From a virus (taxonomy: Duplodnaviria > Caudoviricetes), in IMG/VR virus record IMGVR_UViG_3300042363_000066, positions 1-30,678 of that record: a stretch of DNA of 30,678 nucleotides. One strand, written 5' to 3'. Positions 24,674 through 30,678 of the stretch are shown here, one piece after another. The notes under the pieces are model-generated. The model had not been told where the DNA came from. It saw only the letters and a program-made list of their open reading frames with translations, and searched no databases. Both the position numbers and the translations under genes were made by a program. The stretch's first letter is position 1, and the number at the start of each line of letters is the position of its first letter.

Positions 24674-26649
24674 TGGAAATACAAGTATTGACATTTGCGG
24701 AAGCAAAGCAACCAGAATATAAAGAGAAAAAAGGCGAAGGGTATATGCAATATGGTCAAAACAATGACTATCCGCAATACCTATTAGACCTATTTAACAA
24801 ATCTGCAAAGCATAATGCTATCATTCGTGGCAAGGTAAACTACATTGTCGGTAATGGTTGGGCAGGTGAGCAAGATATGATTAAAAAGGTTAATAGAGAT
24901 GAGACCCTTAATGACCTAACTAAAAAAGTTGCTTTAGATTTAGAACTATTTGGCGGTGCTTATATCCAAGTTATTTGGAGTGTAATTGGAGAACAGATAG
25001 CGGAGTTGTGGCATTGTGATTATACAAAGATTAGAACCAACAAAGACAACACGCAGTTTTGGTACAAAGAAGATTGGAAGCTTACACGTAACCAAGAAAA
25101 AGCTGAGATTTACAATGCGTTTAACCCTGCTAACCCACAAGGTGTGCAGATACTTTACGTTAAAGAGTACAGACCGGGAATGAATGTTTATAGCCTTCCT
25201 GGTTATTTTGGTGCTCTTAACTACATCGAAAGTGATGTTGAAGTTAGTAAGCACGTTTTAGGTAATGCTCAAACAGGGTTTTCTGCAAGTAAACTTATTA
25301 CTTTACCAAACGGAGAGCCAAGCCCTGAAGAAAAACGTCTTGTTAGTAAGCAGTTCGATAATATGTACACGGGTGCAGACGGCAAAAAGTATCTACTTGC
25401 TTTTGTAAACGATGCAGCTCGTAAGCCTATTGTAGATGACTTAGGTGCTAGTGATTTAACTAAAGAAGATTTTAGCCGTGTAGACGAATTAATACAAACT
25501 AACATATTTAGCGGACACCAAATTACAAGTCCAGACTTATTTGGTATTGCCGTTCCTGGTCAATTAGGAAATAGACAACAACTTAGAGATAGCTACGAAA
25601 TCTTTAATAATACTTATGTACGCTATAAGCAAATGCAGATTGAGGGTGTATTTAATATGCTTGGACAATATGCAGGAATAACCGAGGAATTAAAGCTTCA
25701 GCCGGTAGACCCTATTGGAATTGACTTTAGCGAAAATGTTATTTTACAAGTAGCACCTAAAGAGTGGATATTAGAGAAGTTAGGAATTGACCCTACACAA
25801 TACGGAATAGTTGCAGAAACCGAGCAGCCAATGGCAGCAAGTCCTTTAAGTGTGAACGAGCATATTAAAGGATTGAAAGGTAGGGAATGGCAAAATATGC
25901 AACGCATTATTAGAGATTTTAACAAGGGCAAGATAACAAGAGAACAAGCAAGTTCTATGCTTAAAGGCGGATATGCTTTAAGCGACGAGGAAGTTTCTAC
26001 TTGGTTAGGTGCTGAAGATTTAGAATTTAACGAAACTGATTTTCAGGTTTTCTTTGAGTTTGGAGAAGATAGAAGTGCCTACGAAGTATTTAAAAGCAAA
26101 GCAAGATTTAACGATGATGCGGACTTTGAAATGTTTGCAGATGTATCGCAGTTACAATCTAATATCTTGGACTTAATTGTTAAAGACAAGCGTATTACTC
26201 CAGAGGTAATTGCTGAAACTTTAAAAGAAGATGTAGGTGCGGTTAAGCGTGTTATTGATTTATTGATTGAGAAGGGGTTTATTAAGACAAGCGAAGTAAA
26301 GCAAGGTAAGGGCATTGATAGTAACATAATTATCGAAAGGCAACTTACTGCTCCTATTGGGCAGATTGTTGAAGCTATAAAGCCACAAACTACTCAAATT
26401 TTAATTCGTTACTCATACGAGTGGAAACAAGGTTTTAACGATGGCGATTTAGATACAAGCAGACCTTTTTGCAAATACTTAGTAACCGCTAACAAATTTT
26501 ATAGCCGTAGCGAGATTGAGCAAATGAGTGCAAGGCTTGGTTATTCTGTATGGGATAGACGAGGCGGTTGGTACACTAAGCCAGGAACAAACACACATTC
26601 TCCAAGTTGCAGACACGAGTGGAAGTCAAACATAGTTAAAAGAAAATAA
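24673..26649 (+). CDS. Portal protein with C-terminal extension (wHTH plus MuF-like Cys/His region)
   Basis: YGQNNDYPQYL, SAKHNAII, IFSGHQITSPDLFGI in the N-terminal ~350 aa; SRPFC...RGGWY...CRHEW at the C-terminus. Confidence 0.8.
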   Translation: MEIQVLTFAEAKQPEYKEKKGEGYMQYGQNNDYPQYLLDLFNKSAKHNAIIRGKVNYIVGNGWAGEQDMIKKVNRDETLNDLTKKVALDLELFGGAYIQVIWSVIGEQIAELWHCDYTKIRTNKDNTQFWYKEDWKLTRNQEKAEIYNAFNPANPQGVQILYVKEYRPGMNVYSLPGYFGALNYIESDVEVSKHVLGNAQTGFSASKLITLPNGEPSPEEKRLVSKQFDNMYTGADGKKYLLAFVNDAARKPIVDDLGASDLTKEDFSRVDELIQTNIFSGHQITSPDLFGIAVPGQLGNRQQLRDSYEIFNNTYVRYKQMQIEGVFNMLGQYAGITEELKLQPVDPIGIDFSENVILQVAPKEWILEKLGIDPTQYGIVAETEQPMAASPLSVNEHIKGLKGREWQNMQRIIRDFNKGKITREQASSMLKGGYALSDEEVSTWLGAEDLEFNETDFQVFFEFGEDRSAYEVFKSKARFNDDADFEMFADVSQLQSNILDLIVKDKRITPEVIAETLKEDVGAVKRVIDLLIEKGFIKTSEVKQGKGIDSNIIIERQLTAPIGQIVEAIKPQTTQILIRYSYEWKQGFNDGDLDTSRPFCKYLVTANKFYSRSEIEQMSARLGYSVWDRRGGWYTKPGTNTHSPSCRHEWKSNIVKRK

Positions 26650-26652
26650 GAA

Positions 26653-27234
26653 ATGAGCTTAAACACATTATTCATAAGCGTACAGAATATTAAAGAAAGG
26701 TCTGGCTTACACGCTAACGTAGATGAAAAACTTGTATTGCCTGAGATTAAAACTGCACAAGATATGTATATCTTACCTGCGCTTGGAAGTGCTTTGTACA
26801 ATCGTTTACAAGCAGGTATTACGGCAAACAACTTGAACGCTAACGAGGTTATCTTATTAGACCAATACATAGCAGATACTTTAGTGCATTATGTACTTAG
26901 TGAATTGCCAATGGGTTTGTCTTATCAATTCTATAACAAAGGCTTGTTAAGAAAGGGTGGCGAGAATACCGAGAACCCTTCGATGCAAGATATGATTGAC
27001 GTTGCGAATAGATATAAGGCTCGTGCGGAGTTCTACAAGCAAAGAATGATTAAATACCTAAAAGAATATTCTACCCTCTATCCTGAGTACCTTAATCCTG
27101 GAAGTGGCATTGATGCAATACACCCTGAGAACGATGCTTATACAACGAGCATCTGGTTAGGCGATTTTGATTGCTGCGCAGGTAAAAGCTTTGAGGAACT
27201 TTATCAAGGGAATAGAGGTTGTAGTGATTGCTAA
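26653..27234 (+). CDS. Head-tail adaptor-like protein
   Basis: IKTAQDMYILPALGSALY, FYKQRMIKYL....YPEY; follows the portal gene. Confidence 0.6.
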   Translation: MSLNTLFISVQNIKERSGLHANVDEKLVLPEIKTAQDMYILPALGSALYNRLQAGITANNLNANEVILLDQYIADTLVHYVLSELPMGLSYQFYNKGLLRKGGENTENPSMQDMIDVANRYKARAEFYKQRMIKYLKEYSTLYPEYLNPGSGIDAIHPENDAYTTSIWLGDFDCCAGKSFEELYQGNRGCSDC

Positions 27235-27236
27235 TT

Positions 27237-27368
27237 ATGAGTAAAGTAACAACAATTAAAAACCAAAATAAACTTCGTGTTTATTTAGAAAAAATTAAGA
27301 ATGAGCCTAACACTCAATCAAATAACAAAGCAAATAACGACACTCGGAAACGACCACGAACAAATTAA
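27237..27368 (+). CDS. Possible small basic protein, 43 aa (not in ORF track)
   Basis: ATG 2 nt after the previous stop; MSKVTTIKNQNKLRVYLEKIK...; overlaps the next gene. Confidence 0.35.
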   Translation: MSKVTTIKNQNKLRVYLEKIKNEPNTQSNNKANNDTRKRPRTN

Positions 27369-27750
27369 CTTTGTTTACTTCGGTGATGTGTGGGAACGTT
27401 TAAGCAATGGCGAGGTTACTTACCCTGCTATGTTTTACACTTTAACAGGTGCGACTATAAACGCTAAAAATATTACTTACAATTTTAGCCTTTATTTTAT
27501 GGACAGAATGTTAATGGAAGAAACAAACGAAACCGAAGTACTTAGTGATATGACTTTAGTAGGTCAGGACATAGTGGCTCAGTTACGTTATCCTAAAGCT
27601 ATTTGGGATATTGGCGATACCGCTCCTTTGACTTACTTTACCGAGAGCGACCCTGACTATCTTGCAGGAGTTAAGATAGACATAACAATGGAATTACCTT
27701 ACTTAAACGACAGATGCGCAGTACCGAGCATCTATAACTATACAGAATGA
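27301..27750 (+). CDS. Tail terminator-like protein
   Basis: 149 aa, acidic; YPAMF, EVLSDM, AGVKIDITM; located in the head-tail joining region. Confidence 0.55.
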   Translation: MSLTLNQITKQITTLGNDHEQINFVYFGDVWERLSNGEVTYPAMFYTLTGATINAKNITYNFSLYFMDRMLMEETNETEVLSDMTLVGQDIVAQLRYPKAIWDIGDTAPLTYFTESDPDYLAGVKIDITMELPYLNDRCAVPSIYNYTE

Positions 27751-30678
27751 TAGGCAAAAAAATTAACCAATTAGCTACCGAGTTAGCACCAGTTAGCACC
27801 GATTTAACTATTATAGGCGACCCGACAACAGGAGTAAGTAAGAAGATTACACTTGCTCAATTAGGTGCGATATTTAGCGGTGCAGTTTCGTTTTACACTA
27901 ACCTTGCAGGGTTTCCTGCAACGGGCGATATTAACGTTATCTATTGTGCTAAAGACACGCAGAAACTTTATTTATGGAGTGGTTCGGCTTATACAGAAGT
28001 ATTCCCTTCACAAGCTTTATTAGATACTTATCAATTAAGAAGTGAAAAGGGCAACGCTAATGGTTATGCTTCTTTGGATAGTCAAGGTAAAGTTCCTATT
28101 AGTCAGCTACCAAGTTCTATTATGGAATACAAAGGAACTTGGAACGCATCTACTAACACCCCTACACTTGCAAACGGAACGGGAGACACGGGAGATGTTT
28201 ATATATGTAATGTAGCAGGAACAGTAAACTTTGGCGCTGGTCCTATTACTTTTGCGGTTGGCGATTATGTGATTTATAGCGGTACTATTTGGCAGCGTTC
28301 AAGCGGTGCGGTAGGTACAGTTACAAGCGTAGCATTAACAGTTGGTGGCGATGCGATAAGCGTATCTGGTAGTCCTTTAACAACATCGGGAACTTTAGCT
28401 TTAGCGTTTAGCGGTACTACATCACAATACATTCGAGGTAATGGTACACTTGCTACCTTCCCTTCTTTAACGGGTTTTGTTCCGTACACGGGGGCGACTG
28501 CAAACGTAGATTTAGGAACGCATACTTTACTTGCTAAAAATTTAGTAATTAATCATTCAAGCGGTAGCGGAGTTGCTGCATCAATTACTAAGGGCGGTAG
28601 CGGAGAAGCTTTAACTGTTGTTAAGAGTTCAGGAAGTGGCAACGCTGCATCTATTACGGGTGGTGTTACTTTACTTGATGAATTGCATTTGAATACTGAT
28701 TTAGCCGATGCCTATATTGCAAGTGCTACGAATTGGAATGCTGCATACAACGATAAAATAAATAGTGCTGCGGTAACTGGTACTACAACAAAGACCTTAA
28801 CACTTACACAACAAGACGGGGGAACAATAACGGCTTCTTGGACTGACGATAACACCGATGCGGTTACTTCTGTTTTCGGTAGAACGGGAGCAGTTGTGGC
28901 GGTTAGTGGCGATTACAATACAAGTCAAGTTACTGAAAACACAAACCTTTATTTTACAAATGCTCGTGCTATTGCAAGTACCTTAACGGGTTACACAAGC
29001 GGAGCAGGAACGATAACTTCAAGCGATAGCATCTTAAGTGCGATACAAAAGTTAAACGGCAATATCGGTGCTTTAACTACGGGTGTATCAAGTGTAAACG
29101 GATTAACGGGTGCGGTTACTTTAACAACAAGTAACATCGCTGAAGGTACTAACCTTTATTATACCGAGGCAAGAGTAAGTGCTAATACAGATGTGGCAGC
29201 GAACACCGCAGCAAGACATAACGCAGTAACAATAGGCACGGCTAATGGTCTTAGCTTATCTACTCAGGTATTAAGTTTAGGTTTAGCTTCTACAAGTACA
29301 ACGGGTGCTTTAAGTTCTACTGATTGGAATACGTTTAACAACAAGACAAGTAACACGGGTACAGTAACGAGCGTAGGATTATCTTCTGCAACAAGCGGAG
29401 TAACTATTGGCTCTACACCTATTACAACAAGTGGAACTATTACTTTAGCTATTGCAACGGCAAGTGGTTCGGCTCAAGGTTTATTATCAAGCACCGATTG
29501 GACTACGTTTAACAACAAGCAAAACGCTTTAACCAATCCAGTAACAGGTACAGGTACTACTAACTACCTACCTAAGTTTACAGGTGCAAGTACAATAGGG
29601 GATAGTCAAGTATTTGATAACGGAACTAATGTTGGAATCGGGACTGCAACTCCTACAACAAAATTATCTGTTTATGCTGCTACCGGAGGTTCAACTACTG
29701 GCTTAACTGTTAATGGCTCAAGCAATATGTTGAATTTGTTTGGTTCATCAAGTACGGGTGCAGGGGTTATTTTTGATGCAACAGATGGAACAGTAGGAAG
29801 CGCAACTGCAGTTCCTATGATTTATCGTTTAGGTGGAACAGAGAGAATGCGTCTTGATACTTCAGGCAATTTAGGATTAGGAGTTACACCGAGTGCGTGG
29901 GGGAATGCAGCAGGGTTTTTAGCATTTGAAATGCCGTCTGGTAATATAAATTCTTATGGTGCAGATTGGTTAATTATTGCACAAAATTCATATAGCAATT
30001 CAAGTGGTACAAGAATTTACAAAAATACAGGATTTGCATCTGAATATATACAAACAAGTAGTCAGCATAGATGGTACACTGCTCCTTCAGGTACAGCAGG
30101 TAACGCTATATCCTTTACCCAAGCAATGACATTACACGCTTCAGGTAATTTATCTATCGGAAACACTAATGATACATATAAACTTGATGTGACAGGAACG
30201 GGTAGATTTACAGGAACATTAACGGCAGCTACATTAACTGATGGTTTTATTACTATTGGTGCTGCACAAATTAACAGAACAAGTGCAACAGTAGAAATGC
30301 AATTTGCAGGTAGTGGAGATGTTAGATTTTTTGGTAACACCGCATACCCGATAACTTTTACAGCAGGTACAGGAGCAGCTAAATTCTCTAACGCATTACA
30401 AGTAGCAGGACAACAAGCCGCAGCCAACTATGGTGGAACGGGATTAAACTTTGATTTTACTTCAGGTAATATTGGTAGAATAGCATCTGTAAAAACTACT
30501 TCAGGTGGGTCACAACTTCAGTTCTTAGTATATAATACTTCAGGTACAGATGTTAATGCTTTACAAATAGCCTCTACAGGAGCAGCTACATTCTCAAGTA
30601 TTGTACAAGCCACATCAATTATTAGAACAATTAGCTCGGGGGGTGTTATATGGACTGAATTACAAAGTGATGGTGTTT
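27747..30678 (+). CDS. Tail fibre / receptor-binding protein, 3'-truncated (at least 977 aa; absent from the ORF track)
   Basis: Translated by hand with no stop from ATG 27747 to the window end; G/T/S-rich; YKGTWNASTNTP, VTSVFGRTGAV, STDWxTFNNK twice, NVGIGT, ERMRLDTSGNLGLG. Confidence 0.88.
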   Translation, partial: MIGKKINQLATELAPVSTDLTIIGDPTTGVSKKITLAQLGAIFSGAVSFYTNLAGFPATGDINVIYCAKDTQKLYLWSGSAYTEVFPSQALLDTYQLRSEKGNANGYASLDSQGKVPISQLPSSIMEYKGTWNASTNTPTLANGTGDTGDVYICNVAGTVNFGAGPITFAVGDYVIYSGTIWQRSSGAVGTVTSVALTVGGDAISVSGSPLTTSGTLALAFSGTTSQYIRGNGTLATFPSLTGFVPYTGATANVDLGTHTLLAKNLVINHSSGSGVAASITKGGSGEALTVVKSSGSGNAASITGGVTLLDELHLNTDLADAYIASATNWNAAYNDKINSAAVTGTTTKTLTLTQQDGGTITASWTDDNTDAVTSVFGRTGAVVAVSGDYNTSQVTENTNLYFTNARAIASTLTGYTSGAGTITSSDSILSAIQKLNGNIGALTTGVSSVNGLTGAVTLTTSNIAEGTNLYYTEARVSANTDVAANTAARHNAVTIGTANGLSLSTQVLSLGLASTSTTGALSSTDWNTFNNKTSNTGTVTSVGLSSATSGVTIGSTPITTSGTITLAIATASGSAQGLLSSTDWTTFNNKQNALTNPVTGTGTTNYLPKFTGASTIGDSQVFDNGTNVGIGTATPTTKLSVYAATGGSTTGLTVNGSSNMLNLFGSSSTGAGVIFDATDGTVGSATAVPMIYRLGGTERMRLDTSGNLGLGVTPSAWGNAAGFLAFEMPSGNINSYGADWLIIAQNSYSNSSGTRIYKNTGFASEYIQTSSQHRWYTAPSGTAGNAISFTQAMTLHASGNLSIGNTNDTYKLDVTGTGRFTGTLTAATLTDGFITIGAAQINRTSATVEMQFAGSGDVRFFGNTAYPITFTAGTGAAKFSNALQVAGQQAAANYGGTGLNFDFTSGNIGRIASVKTTSGGSQLQFLVYNTSGTDVNALQIASTGAATFSSIVQATSIIRTISSGGVIWTELQSDGV

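Larger units (their letters stand above)
1..30678 (+). mobile_element. Tailed dsDNA bacteriophage genome segment (siphovirus-like, probable Bacteroidota host)
   Basis: Terminase, portal, capsid, tail tube, tape measure and tail fibre genes; dense co-oriented ORFs; Bacteroidota-type TAnnTTTG promoters; no integrase or host genes in the window. Confidence 0.95.

Noticed and set aside
1-30678. tRNA/rRNA genes, integrase, reverse transcriptase/DGR, stop-codon reassignment
   Set aside because: None recognised; genes are full length under the standard code and all three stop codons are used

Overview
This window is a 30.7 kb segment of an AT-rich tailed dsDNA phage, most likely a siphovirus of a Bacteroidota (Flavobacteriia-like) host. 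The host inference rests on TTG-N18/19-TAnnTTTG promoters and A-rich leaders without Shine-Dalgarno sites. Essentially all real genes are on the + strand. Order: (1) recombination/replication block with an ERF annealing protein, HTH, small SSB-like protein, DnaA domain-IV protein, an initiator with internal iterons, VRR-NUC and a sigma-like factor; (2) glycosyltransferase, HNH and SAM methyltransferase block; (3) a ParB / cupin / PAPS-reductase-family (IbrA/YbdN-like) / PD-(D/E)xK nuclease / ParB (IbrB/YbdM-like) module directly before terS-terL; (4) a promoter-driven island of small genes separated by a repeated hairpin motif; (5) a morphogenesis block in unusual order (frameshifted tail chaperone, tail genes, tape measure, protease, scaffold, capsid, tail tube, extended portal, adaptor, terminator, truncated tail fibre). 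The most notable observations are the candidate DNA-modification module, a two-hairpin kissing-loop leader ahead of the replication initiator, the cassette-like hairpin repeats, a -1 frameshift site, a candidate late-promoter motif, and the apparent complete absence of GATC. All calls come from by-eye motif recognition; no searches were run.
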